Below are positions 50,201 to 62,519 of a DNA stretch of 64,000 nt, piece by piece. Each line of letters begins with the position of its first letter. The first letter of the stretch is position 1. This DNA is from Acanthaster planci. Its lineage: Eukaryota. A program made the translations under genes and the position numbers. Below the pieces are notes generated by a model. The model was not told where the DNA came from. It made no database searches and saw nothing but the letters and a program-made list of their open reading frames with translations. Location: contig NW_019091361.1 of NCBI RefSeq assembly GCF_001949145.1, positions 3,001,854 through 3,065,853 of the forward strand, in the 5' to 3' direction.

Positions 50201-53200
50201 GTCCTTAGAAATGCCAGGATTCTTCCGAGACTACTTTGTGGTAAGGCCTTTAACCAGCCCACATCTTAAAAGCTACACAGGAGGTTTGACTGTGTTTCAG
50301 TCCCATTTCTCCCTCAAGTGATGATTTTTTTTTAATTGGATTTGTAACAGTAAAAAGACGACTTTATGTATTGTAGCTATGTCATCTGTACAGTGAATTT
50401 CAATGGGCCGTCATGAGCAACTTCAGAAATGCAAGGATATACAACCTTAAATTGCAACTGCTGTAGAAATGAGGAAAATGGTTTAGTTTTTAGAAACAGG
50501 AGAAAAAAACCCATCAAGGTCAGTTCACAGAGGTGGAGGGTGAGGGAAGTTGTTTGTCCTAAGCAAAAATCTGTGGAGAACCAATGGTAAGCAAGATACA
50601 ATGCTTAGCATTTAAGCCGGTAATCAAGTATTTCTCAGCAAGCATTTTCTGGCTCGATGAATTTCTGTGACCATGATGATTCCCAACCCTGGAAATCTTT
50701 TTTAAAACAGTAAATTAAAATCCTTTGGTGAAATTGCAGTGTGTCAGAATGTGGCTTACCGTTATTAAGGGGAACCTTTTTCCAATATTTGATAAGCCAG
50801 TTATTCCTCCCAACACGCCAGATACTTGTAGATCATGCAGTCCTATGCTTCACCTCTGCCATTGCTCGTTTTACATTTTCAGGAGGGTGAGCATTCCTTA
50901 CTACACACCATAGCAACTTCCATAGTCAATCTACAATCGTTGTTTGGCACCATCCCCCATATCTACGGCCTGGGGCGATGCGCTAAGGTGATCATTTTTA
51001 TCAGTTTGCTGTACCCGTACGGCTCCCAAAGTGAGTCAGTTGAATATTAAATGTGTACAAATAAGCATACATAGAGAAAGAGTGCATGAAAGCTTGTTAT
51101 ATTTTGCTGCCGTTCAACCTGCAAACTTGATTGGAGTTTAACCCTCCCTCTCAAGCATTTTATTCAATTGAATGGATGGTGTGAACGGATTTGACAGTCG
51201 ATACCTTTAGAGGGTAGAAGCCTTGTTCAAAAGTTATGGCTATGGCTGGAAATAACATGTGCATCTATGAATTCCATTTGTTGTGGGCTGTGGCCATTTT
51301 CCCATAGACTGTGTGTTACTCCTAGCTACAGCCAGTTGGTTTTGGTCAAAGGCTGTGTCACCTTTTGAATTTGATTTAACGTTTCCAGCTTGGCTTCATC
51401 ACAAGAATTTCAATAGCAAAAGTGCTTCAGTGTACAGAGCATGAATTTTCAAGTTAGTGCTTGATCCTCCAATAATGAGATATTGGTAATAGCCATTTTC
51501 TCTGGCTGGCTGTTCTTCTTCCAGATGGTGTGGGACCTCGTCAACACCCTGAAAACACTGCAGGGGGAGCCCCGTGCCCCCATCCGGAATGAGATTGGCC
51601 ACCTGTTCCTGATTGACCGGGAGGCTGACCTGGTCACTCCGCTATGCACGCAGACTACCTACGAGGGGCTCCTGGATGAAACCTTTAGCATCAGAAGTGG
51701 TGGGTGATGGGACATCTGTCTTGGCATCCTCCTCATATGCTCTACGTGTATGCTCAGCCCATGCCTGGGAAACTTTCGCTGAATTTTGATGCTTCATCGT
51801 CTTGAATTCATTGTGTAAACTACGAATGAAGTTTTCACTGAATACTTCCGTTGTTCTTAGGCTTTGATCACACCAAACCAAGTGAAAAGAAGGTCACTCA
51901 GTTTTGGCCTCTGAATAGCATGCTATTACAAAGTTATTGACAAATTTGGAGGAACCACCAGCACAGGGCTGGAATGCCAACACTGTCAGTACAGTGTTTC
52001 AGAGCCTCAAGGCTCAAATTCCTCCCTAGTCGTGGTTTTTTCTTAACTTCATAATTATTAGCTTAATCTTTGATGTTAGAAATTACTCAAAATACCGAGT
52101 TCAACTCTATCTGTGCGACCGCATGTTGGTCTTGGACAAGTTAGGTAGCCTCTCTTAAAGCAGAGGTTTGCAACAAATGATGTCAAGGTGTTTGAAAGGA
52201 ATAACTGTGTGAGATGTCCTTGGTCTGTCTGCCATCAGGTTATTGTGAGTTTGGGCCGGAGGTGACAGGCACTGACAAGAGTTTGAGACTCTTACTGAAC
52301 TGTGAAGACCAGGTACGACTTTGATTTGGTATAATATTATCGCACACTTTTTTGATGTTTGCATTTTCATGTTTTATGCAACACACTTGCATACATCCTG
52401 CGTTCATGTATTCTTTAGATGTGATTTTTGAGTAGATTTTTAAAATGTACCGTGCATGATTTCTTCAAAGAAGAGTCAAGTGAAAGATATTTGTATGTCG
52501 GGAGAGCCTAACTTCCCATTAAGGTTCTAGAGATGACAAATGGAGAGGTCAACTTTACCACATCTGAATTGTTTATGTGGTTTGTAGCATCAGGGTTCTG
52601 ATGCTACAAACCACATAAACAATTCAGATGTGGTAAAGTTGACCTCTCTGCTGTGATGGTAACTTCTCTTGCTTTCTTTAAACCATCTCCTCCAATGCAA
52701 TGCTGCAGATCTTTGATGATATTCGGGATCGCCATATCTCCCACGTATTTGGGTACCTGAGCTCAAAAGCCAAGATGGTCCAATCAGGCTATCAGGTAAA
52801 TGAACCCTGAAATTGTCCGACTTCTCTCTAAAATTTTTGAGACTGCACAAAAGATGTTAGTTATCAAGCATACCATGTCTTGTGGTCAGCCATGGTCAGC
52901 CATTGTGTTTAAGAAATGTTATTTTTGTACGCCTGAAATTAGCAGGTTTGTGAGAATATTTGTGATTGTCTTGTCTACAAAAACATTTTATCATAATATC
53001 AAGAAAATTTTGACAGTTTTCTTAAGGTACCTTGAAGAAATAATTTGGAGGGGTTAAAGTTAGACAGTAATTCCTCGGATGTGACTTGGTCTTTTCATTG
53101 TAGAAAGGACGGGAACTTCAGAATATCGGTGATGTCAAATCCTTTGTTCAAACAGAGTTAAAGGATTTGAAGCAACAGTACAAGTCACTTACAATACGTG

Positions 53201-56200
53201 AGTTTTTCCGTCAAAATAAAAAAAGTAACCTCTTGATTTTCAAATCCTAACTGTTTTTTTGTCTTCAAAGTTCAGTTTTGGTAGTTGCTTTTTTTTTTCA
53301 AATATGACGTCGGCAATTTGATGAGGTTAGGATTAATCTCTCCCAAATATTAAAGACTTGAACCTTATTCCTTCTTAGAAGTACCTCAGGACAAAAGCAA
53401 TGATGTACTTAATGACTGTCAATAATTACAGAGAGCTCATTTTGGGAGATCGTTTAATTATTGGATGTCTCGTGTTCAGATTTCCGTTGTTCAATTGTAA
53501 ATGTGACCCACCATCCCAAAACCGGACTGAAGTAGGTAATTTCATAACCCTAAAATAGTGGAACTTCCACTCTTCAGATTTTCATGGGAATTTTACAGCT
53601 ATTATTACCCGTAAGAAGCTTGCTGCAGACAGAATTTAGATTTAACGTAGATCACTTTGAAGTGTTAAAAAAAACCGATGGAGAGGAATTGTCCAACATG
53701 ACAAATACCGACTTCGGCCTGGTTTGGGGATAGTGGGTCACAAATGTATAATAGCATTGTGTAGTAGCTGGTTTCCTGTCTTTGATTTCATATTTTTCCA
53801 ACTTTTAGTTCAGTAAACATACTTTAATATTGTAGTCTCTTGGAATAGTGTTTAGATGTACTGAACTTATTTGATTGTGAATGATGCATAAGTCATACTT
53901 ACCATGTCATTTTTAAAAATGGAGCATTTCAAAACAGCATCTTTACTATTAACAAGTATAAATATATTCTAAGTGGTTCCCAAAAGCTTTATGTTAAAGA
54001 CTTCCTTGGATGGGGCGAGAACCTGGAGCCGTAGCAGTACAATAGCAGTACAGCAGCAGAGAGTGACATTGAATACAACAAAATGACTGCACACTGTGGT
54101 AGACTAATGAGAAAAGAATTGATTTTTGTTCCAAAAAAGTGGCAGACTGAATTTGATACTTGTTTCTGATGTAGATATCGGGGCCTGCGAAAGAATACTT
54201 AACCTCAAAAGCAAGCAGATCAACTTTGAGGAGCAGCTCCAGACAGAGCACAGTAAGCTCTTTTTTTGTCTTATGATTTCAGCGGCAGTAGGCTATTGAT
54301 ATTTGCGCCAGTGCTCAGTTGGAAAGGGCCCATCAGGGGACAGATTTAAGCTCACACTTTGCATTTGGATTGTGCTTAACCACTTCCTGCCGGGGCATTT
54401 ATCAATGTTGATGATGCTGGGGCGGGATATTTATCATTTTTTTCTGTTTTCAAAATTCTTTGAAAATTCCTATCTTCATTTACTGGACACTTACAAACAT
54501 GTGAAGGCATGTCTGGTGTCCACTCTAGCCACACAGACAAAATCTATTGACGCCTGAGTATTTCAGCCAGGCCTGCAGCCTTGTAAAAAGAGCCCATATT
54601 GTGCGGTGTTATATAATTTTCTTTTGTTCACGAACCTGGCTCAGTGAGCCACTGACTTCTTTTCAATAGGGGCCAGATTAGCATGCAGCGGTGCTGTGTG
54701 GCTCATCACTTCAGTGGTGGAGCGCTTTTGTCCCCAGTGGTAATGCGCTTGCTTTAAATGCCCCAAACCGTGGTATACTGTTTCAAAACAAGGCAGGATT
54801 ATCTCCACTTTTGAGAGTGAAAAAATGTCGATAATGCCCAGCAGCCTGGTCATTTGTTCCGAGTACGGGCTTTTGTCACAAGGCCCTGTTCCCTTTGTCC
54901 GAGTTCGGAGACCCGGCCATGCATATAAAGCATTACGTGTCCGGATCCGGAGTCCCCAGCAGGAAGTGGTTAATGTTAATGCGACACTTAACTGAAATTG
55001 CATGTGACCAGACTAACAGTAACATCACACATCACGTGTCTTTTATTTTTTATTTTTTTCTCTCCTTTTTCTGTGTTTGTTTTGTTCTCTTTGTTTTACT
55101 TGTCAAGGTTTACTTGAAGGCATAAACATGAAGGAATGCTACACTTACATTGAGGAACAAATTGACCGACAGGTAACTTGAAGAAAGGAATAAAAGTATC
55201 TTGCTCTGGACAGAGAGCCTAGCAACAATGTCATCATTGCCAGGCCCTGGGATAGGTTTAAATGTAGTGGTTGACTGCGTACCCACAGCTTATAAATATG
55301 CATGCAGTGTAATTTCACAAGTCAGTGTGCTTTGTGGCAGTTTATAGAAAGGAAGGTCGTATCATTTGTTCTGAATCTCCAGAAAAGGCTGCTAAAAAGG
55401 GGAATTCATGCTCAACTCTGTTTAGGGCAGGTGGGGTTCTGTGCAGGATGTGGTAGAGAATGGTTGGACTGATGCTAGGCTGTGGTTTTGGTTTTGTGTG
55501 TGGAAGAGTTTTTGACAACTTCAGCAGTTTCTTTCATTCTGTTTTTCTTATGCTTCCAGGGAAGTTGGATGCAGGTAAAATTCCCGTCGAAACTCTAGTT
55601 CCCCTTGCATGGAAAATCTGCAGTGTTGCTAGTAGATTGAACACCCCCTCCCCCAAAAAAGTGAAGGATCAAACTTGTTGTTTCATATCATTTGCCAGAG
55701 GTTGTAATTAAAAGATGTATGACTTGTGGGCAAATACAGTACCAATGTAGTGATGACTTCAGTTTCTGTTCCCCCGCCCCCAATGAACTACCTCCAAATT
55801 GGTTACCAGTCCTTTGGCCACATTAGTGTCTGTGGTTTTAGTGTGCATTTGCTTTGTTTGTAATTTCAGATCCCCTGAATGGGTGTTATATGAGTGTTTA
55901 TCATGCAGGGTTATCGTTTTGGTTATAGAGGAGCGTGTTTGCAATTTGTGGAGTGTAGATCATGTCACTTGTGGACATGGGGACATGTGGCCACAGAAAT
56001 AGGGTTTGTAGCTTCCGATCCTAGGGTCTACAGTTCAAATCCTGGCAGTTGGTGATGTGTTGTGACCTTGGGCAAGTGGCTTCACCCCTGTGTGCCTCTC
56101 TCCACCCTGGAGTATATGGGTACCTGTGCTCACGGTCACCAATCGGATTTGGCTCCAGTCCTTTTGTTCACAGTGAAATGTACATATACAGTAGGCTGTG

Positions 56201-59200
56201 CATGTGTCTGGTGGCATAGTTTTGTGTGCAGCGCGTCTTGGTTGTTTCATTCCACTTTAAATGAATATGCCCTTAATCATCCCAGGCCTGACTCTGGCTG
56301 CCCATTTTCCAACCTTCCTCTGGCCTGCCCTCACCTGTCTTGGAGAGGTCGTATCATGTGTACATGTACATTCGCCCTCTGGCAGAGTTCATTGCCCCTC
56401 CCAAACTGCATCCCTGAATCAAGACTCCTGAGAATTGTGTGATGGAAAATGCAGGGACCGTCTTAATAGTTACCAGTCTCACAGAGTTGTGCAATCTCTT
56501 TTTGACAGTTGCGAGGTCATTGAGTTTGGGTTTGAGGACATGTACTTATTTGCAGATAGAGTCAGCTGGATTCACTTGACTTGGGGGGAATACAGTTCGT
56601 CCACTCAGTAGATCCACAAGGCTTGATATGAAATGATATGCTGTCCCTCATCTTCACGCCTAGGAGCAGGCATGGAACCAGTGACAATAGTTGTCACACT
56701 CCCATTAGCCAAGTTCAGAATCACATCCTGTAACATTTGTCCACAAGCAGACCCTAGGCAAGAAATCTTTGCTAACGCCGGAAAACTTTCCAAAAGGGGT
56801 TTATTTGTTGCGTATGTTGACAAGGTAAATTGGTGATAGGAGCGTGTCAGTCCACTATCCAAGGATTCTGTGATTACTCAGTGCAGAACTTTTGTGCTAG
56901 CTCTTGCAGAGCAAAGCATATTGATTATTAATCAGTAGTGTAGAATTCCGTGGTTACCAAAGCCATGGAATTGGCCACAGTACTACAAGGCGGATAACAC
57001 CATCCAGTGCACTTTCATTTTTGTGCGAATTAATTCACAGTAGTATCATTACTGTTCGGTTACTGTTCTTAATAGGTACCTCCTGACAAGCTGCTTAGAC
57101 TAATGTGCCTACTGTCCCTGACACAAAATGGTAAGTCCTTGCTGCACTACGCATGCCCACTCAATATTGCGGTACCTTCTTACAGGGTGTTTGTTTGCAG
57201 AAACTTTGATCTGTAGCAGTAAATCCAGGGGGAATATATCCTGCCCCATCATTTGACCAAAGGTGGATCGACCATAAGATTATCTCCCCACCCAGTCTAA
57301 CAACTGGTTTTCTGTCGATGATTTCTTCATGTTTCCAAACTGCAGTACTTGTTCAGTTTTGAGGACTATTTTGGGGCATAAGTGAAATGAAATAAATGCT
57401 TTGGCAGTTTCAGTCATCAGGCTATGAATCAGTTTAATTCAGTTCTTCAATTTTGGCCACAAGCCACAAATTGCATCAAAGCCTCGGGCATGTTATTGTT
57501 CATCGGCCACTGCAAGTAGTGACAGTTCATATGAAAGTACATGTATATGTCCTTGCAAAAAGTAGTGTAAAGATTTTGTGAAGTTACTGAACTTAAATTA
57601 CTTGCTGCCGGCTGGATTTTTCTTGAACAAGACAAGATGCCAGGTCATTTTCAAGATTTTCAGTTTTCAAATTCTTCAAAAATTTATCATTTCATTTAAT
57701 GGCCGTTTATACTAAAATGGAAGACTCTTTGGGCACTACTCTAAAGCTGACAGGTAAAATTCATTGACTCCTGAATATTTCAGCCAGGCCTGCAGCCTTG
57801 GAAAAAGAGCCCAGATTGTGCAGGGTTACGTAAGATTTTTTTGCTCCCAAAACCGGCACAGTGCACTGCTGACCTCTTTTCAATAGGGGCCAGACTAGCA
57901 TGCAGCGGTGCTGTGTGGCTCATCGCTGCGATGGTGGAGAGCTTTAGTCCCCGGTGGTAATCCGCTCGCTCTAAATGCCTCAAACCATGGTATACTGTTT
58001 CAAAGCAAGGCTGGATTGTCTCCACTATCGAGAGCGAAAAAATGTCGGTAATGCCCAGCAGCTCAGTCTTTTGTGCTGAGCACGGTCTTTTGTTATAAGG
58101 CCCAACTCTTTTGTCCCAGTTCCGGGCTCCCCGGCTCTGCATATAAAGCCTCTGTATCCCGAAAACGGGTCGCCTGGCAGGGAGTGGTTAACTCTTTCAT
58201 CCTCCCCCCCCCCACACTCACCCAGGCCTCCCTAGCAAGGACTACCAGACCCTACAGACCCACTTCCTGCAGAGTCACGGACATAAGCATCTGCTGACCT
58301 TCTCCAACCTGCGCAAGCTGGGCATGTACACCGAGCAGCCCTCGGTGGAGGTCACTAAGATGACGGCCACTGACGTCCGCAACAAGATCACTGACAAGGC
58401 ACTAATGAAGAAGACAGCCTTCCGGATGCTCTGTAAGAAGCTCACCCTGGTGAGTTTGGAGTTTGAACTCTGTTGAACTGTGTTGAACTTTGCATCGAAG
58501 GATGTAAATCCTGTATGTTAAGTCGTGCTCGTCACTGATGTAGTTTCATAGATATTGCGTGTTCAGTGCTGCCCGAAGGCCCATAAGATAAGTCACAAGC
58601 TTTACTTAAGTGGGACGCAAAGTCAAAACTTCTCACTGAATTTCCAATTTGTTTAACCACTTCCTGCCGGGTGGATTTCTCTTGAGCGGGATGTGATGTG
58701 ATCTTTTCAAGGTTTTTCGTTTTCAAAAATCTTAACAAATTCATGTGTTCATTTACTGGACGTTTACACCCACATGAACGACTTTCTGGTGGCTACTCTA
58801 GTCTGTCAGGCAACCTTCATTGACGCGTGAGTATTCAACCCAAGCCTGCAGCCCTGTAAAAGAGAGCCCAGAATTGTGTGGTGTTGCATAATTTCCTTCG
58901 TTTCGGTGAATACCAGTAGCGTCTTTTCAAACACAGCTGGATTAGTGAGCAGCAGCGCTGTGTCACTCATCAATGGGGCCCTGGAGCACTTTTGTCTGCA
59001 GTGCTAATCCGCAGACGCGCTATTCCCAAAACAGTGGTATACTGTTTCAAAACAGTGCCCCACTGGAAGTCGAAAAATGATGGCAATTCCCAGCAGCAGG
59101 TCCTTTGTTCCGAGTACAGTCTTTTATTACACAGACCAGCTCTTTTGTCGGAAATCGGGCACCCCGGCTCTGCGTATAAACACACGGTGCCCGAAACCGG

Positions 59201-62200
59201 GCTCCCCAGTGGGAAGTGGTTAATAGGCTTATCTTCAGCTTTTAACGGACATTTAAGGCCCAAAAAATAAAGCTTGTCTCTGGTTAGACTGGTGTTCTGG
59301 AATTGATGCCATGGCACAGCTTTTTTTTTCCTCCAGGGTTGGATCGTACAGACAATTGCAGACACAATTTCGAGTCATGGAACTAGACCAGCTTTATTAT
59401 GATTATAAGCTGACAACAACTTCATATCCATAGTCTGCTATCATTGTCCAACATCGATCTTGTTCGATCTTGAGGCAGTGCGGCAATAGAGGGCGCTGTT
59501 ACAGTTCTGGCAGAGAAAAATCAGATCAACACGCATTCTTGAAATCGACATGCGCTGACCAGAGATGAAAGACTTTTTTTTTGCCTTACAAGATGTGTTG
59601 AGAAGGCAAATAAGTTTGACCAGTGTGATTGATTTTAATTGCAGCAATGAGAGATGGTGTTGAATTCAATGCTAATCAGTTATCAACATGTATTCGTGTA
59701 AAACTTATTTACCCTTACTTTGCTTATCTTTGGGCTCAAAACAACAGGTTTATCAGTGCCGCTGCACGTCTTTGTAAATCGAGAATGTTGCAGTATTTTC
59801 TTAGACTAGACCTTTTCTTCTATCGTGTCTCAGATTCCTAAGTCAGGAGAAGTCAATCTCAGAAGTCCCGAGGACATGTCCTATGTCTTCAGTGGCGCTT
59901 TCACTCCACTCACCTGCAGGCTTGTGGAGCAGGTAAAATTGTGAGAACTGGAATTTAACTCTGAGGGAGATTTTCCTCAGAGTTCAATTCTAGCCCCGAC
60001 AAGTCATTAGCTCATAAACCAAGACTTCAGCAATGCAAAGGACCTTTGGAAAAGGCATTCCCTCTCAAATGATATCACCTGCCAAGTTGTGAGAGTTGTT
60101 GATACTCAAGGGATATATCCACCCTATCCTCGAATGTGGACCACCTGTTTGGAACAGGGGCCTGACCAGAAAACAGTGTGAAAGCATAGAAAAAGTTCAA
60201 AAACATGCTCTGTGCATTATTTTAGGCAAACAATACACTACGTATGTGGACACTTTAACCTTGTTTGATATCCAGACCCTAGAGGAAAGAAGAGGAACAC
60301 TCTGTTACGCTTTTATAAGAAATACCCCCCCTTGCACAAACCAGTTCCAATCCTTACCCCCCTCCTGTGGAGAACAAAAGAACTCTCCGATATACAAATG
60401 TGATACCTGAACCATGTTGTCGAACAAACCAGATGAAAAACAGTCCCGTCCTTCACTTCTACGTAGTTAGAATTTCCAATGATTTAGTTGTTGAGTTAGG
60501 TTATTTAGAGGGTTAAATCTTATCGGTAAACCGGTATCATCATGCAGTATGTAATACTTCTACTGTGATAAATGATTTCAATTTCCATCGGACAATTTGT
60601 AAACAATACCCATTTCAGCCTTCAGGCTGCTATGTATTATTATTTCTCAATAAACCAATAATAAGAATAATTAATCTTCCCCTGTTGCTCTGATACTTAT
60701 CAGGGCCGTACTTGTTTTTCGTTTATTTTATTGATTTCTGATTTGCGATTTACTAGTTTCAGCTTCAGTCGATGGAAGACTCGATCATCGCAGAGTCTCA
60801 CAGTGAGGCAGAGTATTTTTGCTGGGGCTCACAAAGTCATTCATCCATCAGTCTTGCTTATAGAACTTACCGGTATTGCATCCCTTGGGGAGAAAGGTAA
60901 TGGCATCATTCTTTTTGGCAGGTGCTGGCCAAAGGTGGCTGGGCAGGACTGGATGACATCACCAAGTTACTTCCAGTGCCAACGTTCGCCGAGCACAAGG
61001 CCCAGTCGGCCAAAGGTAGGTCAGCTCATCGGTTGTGGTCCAAGTGTGGTAGTGCAAGGAGAAAAATAAAACTGAAGCACATCTGACAGTATCAACGCTT
61101 TGCACCATTTCTAAACAATTTTTAGAAATCAAAGCAGCAGGGAAATTGTGAGACATGGTCCGAGAACAGTTTTAACTGTGACTCGACTAAAAAGAACAGG
61201 TTGTAAGAAGTACCTTAAAATGTGGGCCTTAAAACCTCGCCAGAGTGGCTTCGGTGTAAGCTTTCAACATGTTCACCCTGGGTGCTAAACTGAGTGATAT
61301 GTCAAAATGAATAATTCTTCCACTGCAAAAGACTCATTTTGTGAGTTTTATTACAGCTACTCGGAAAGCATGTCGCAGTGTATGATTCGGAGAACTAATT
61401 AAGTGAACTAACTCAGCAAGAGATGGGTCAGTTTGTCATTTTCTTACATGTAGTTGCCATCCATTGTACTTTTAAAATGAGAACGGGAACAAGTGGCAAC
61501 TTGTGGACTTTGTCATGGTTATACCAGATTAAACATGAATACAGTTGAACTTTGTTAATAAGACAACCGTTACTACAACATGTTGCTTGAAACAAGGAAA
61601 GTTTTGGGTCCCAATTCTTTGTTCTTCATTGCTTTCATCCCTGATAACACAGAGTTACTGTTACGATAACATAATTTGCAAAGCCCGAAGAACTTCTTAT
61701 TAACGAGGTTCAATTGTATTATGTTGCTTTCAGCTCCTTAACCCTTAACCTTTGATCTCTTAACCAAGGTCACGCAGGCAGTGGACATCAACCAGTGTCA
61801 CCTTCAGAAAAAGTAGTTCTGGTCTACTTTTTGGGCGGATGCACATATGCTGAGACGGCAGCGCTGAGGTTGTTGGGCAAAATCAAAGGTAGATGTGCTT
61901 CTCTGTGTTATCTAACCCCTGGTATTGTCTTGTGCAATGAAATGTTACAATTCGGATGTTAATGACTGCTTAGATGTAATTTTACTCGGGCAACAATTTG
62001 AACATCTTGACCAGGGTAAAGCTGGGCAAAAGTTATCCACTGATACAAAGGTATGGTTGCATTCTCTGTTTCCGCATTCACAGTGAAGTATCCAGCCATG
62101 ATCTTGTGTTTACTTATCATTGCCCGGAGAGTATTGCCAGATACAAGGGTCAGGGAGCAGAGATGTTTTTTTTTTGTAGGTTTCTATTAAATTTCTCTTT

Positions 62201-62453
62201 TCACAAATTGCTTGTATTTAAAACCAGAAGTCAGGCGAGTGAATGTTATTTTGTTTTCTGTGGTGTAAATATTTAATACCAGATCGCATTAAAAAAAATG
62301 TTCAGAAAATTGGTCTGGTATCAGTGGCAAAATATTTTGTGAGTTCTAACAGTATACTTTTTCCCTTATGTAGGGTATCGGTTCATCTTTGCCACAACGG
62401 CCATCACCAACGGTGTGACTCTCATCGGTTCCATCAACGACGGCAAAAAATAA
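44222..62453 (+). CDS. VPS33B: Vacuolar protein sorting-associated protein 33B (Sec1/Munc18 family), complete, about 612 aa
   Basis: 20 exons: 44222-44308, 46861-46941, 47279-47340, 48016-48065, 48668-48735, 49126-49171, 50146-50240, 50883-50987, 51525-51699, 52239-52312, 52709-52795, 53104-53197, 54175-54252, 55108-55172, 57076-57130, 58226-58449, 59834-59932, 60922-61015, 61769-61888, 62374-62453 (1839 nt, all GT-AG, phases consistent). Recognisable VPS33B segments: [115 protein letters not shown]. Confidence 0.96.
44997..45190 (+). mobile_element. Short MITE (family D) copy 1, VPS33B intron 1
   Basis: TIR GTTGTATTCGAGTCCATCATAAGT ... ACTTGTGATGGACTCAAATACAAC; related copy at about 63350-63518. 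Confidence 0.65.
46175..46770 (+). mobile_element. TTAA-flanked non-autonomous DNA transposon (piggyBac-like MITE), family A copy, VPS33B intron 1
   Basis: Ends TTCA-CCACTTCCTGCC ... GCAGCAAGTGG-TTAA; internal sequence is colinear with 62520-63098. Confidence 0.85.
48352..48519. repeat. Tandem duplication, 2 x 84 bp, VPS33B intron 4
   Basis: 48352-48435 and 48436-48519 (ATGGCGTCTTTAGTATGG...TTCAATCTAG) differ at two positions by my alignment. Confidence 0.92.
48805..48978 (+). mobile_element. Short MITE (family C) copy 2, VPS33B intron 5
   Basis: GCAAGATATGGGATGGAG ... CTCCGTCCTATATCTTGC, colinear with 42032-42209. Confidence 0.8.
52543..52648. repeat. Perfect 51-bp inverted repeat with a 4-nt loop, VPS33B intron 10
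   Basis: 52543-52593 is the exact reverse complement of 52598-52648; the loop is GGTT. Confidence 0.95.
53502..53742. mobile_element. MITE with TGTGACCC termini, VPS33B intron 12
   Basis: TGTGACCCACCATCCCAAAACCGGACTGAAGTAGGTA pairs imperfectly with TACCGACTTCGGCCTGGTTTGGGGATAGTGGGTCACA. Confidence 0.7.
54376..54973 (-). mobile_element. Family A TTAA-flanked MITE, opposite orientation, VPS33B intron 13
   Basis: TTAA-CCACTTCCTGC ... GCAGGAAGTGG-TTAA terminal inverted repeats with intact TTAA on both sides; reverse complement of 62520-63098. Confidence 0.9.
55983..56126 (+). mobile_element. tRNA-derived SINE with CORE-like central segment, VPS33B intron 14
   Basis: B-box-like GTTCAAATCC followed by TGTGACCTTGGGCAAGTGGCTTCACCCCTGTGTGCCTC and CTCCACCCTGGAGTATATGGGTACC, resembling CORE-type SINE bodies. 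Confidence 0.6.
57593..58191 (-). mobile_element. Family A TTAA-flanked MITE, opposite orientation, VPS33B intron 15
   Basis: Degenerate left end TAAATTACTTGCTGCC and right end GGCAGGGAGTGG-TTAA; internal sequence colinear with 54376-54973. Confidence 0.85.
58653..59223 (-). mobile_element. Family A TTAA-flanked MITE, opposite orientation, more diverged, VPS33B intron 16
   Basis: TTAA-CCACTTCCTGCC ... GGGAAGTGG-TTAA; shares the GTGGTATACTGTTTCAAAACA core with the other copies. Confidence 0.85.
60096..60670 (+). mobile_element. 5'-truncated non-LTR retrotransposon (CR1/L2-group LINE) 3' end, VPS33B intron 17
   Basis: Peptide [64 protein letters not shown] matches the post-RT C-terminal pattern (RP.LEY...VW...LE.VQKRA.R.I...L.TL..RR) of CR1/L2-group ORF2. 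It ends with a CAGCCTTCAGGCTG stem-loop, AATAAA and an AAT-rich tail. Confidence 0.8.
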
Positions 62454-62519
62454 ATCATGGCTTTGTGTCAAGGCCCGCTTGCAGAGCTATATACTGAGAG
62501 AGTCGCGCCAGCTTCAGAT

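Noticed and set aside
55173..57075. Intronic snoRNA in VPS33B intron 14 (GTGATGA near 55750)
   Set aside because: No clear terminal stem with box D or recognisable rRNA-complementary guide found by eye.
13860..62453. Four co-oriented endomembrane-related genes as a functional cluster or operon
   Set aside because: Unrelated families with kilobase, repeat-filled spacers; nothing in the sequence indicates co-regulation.
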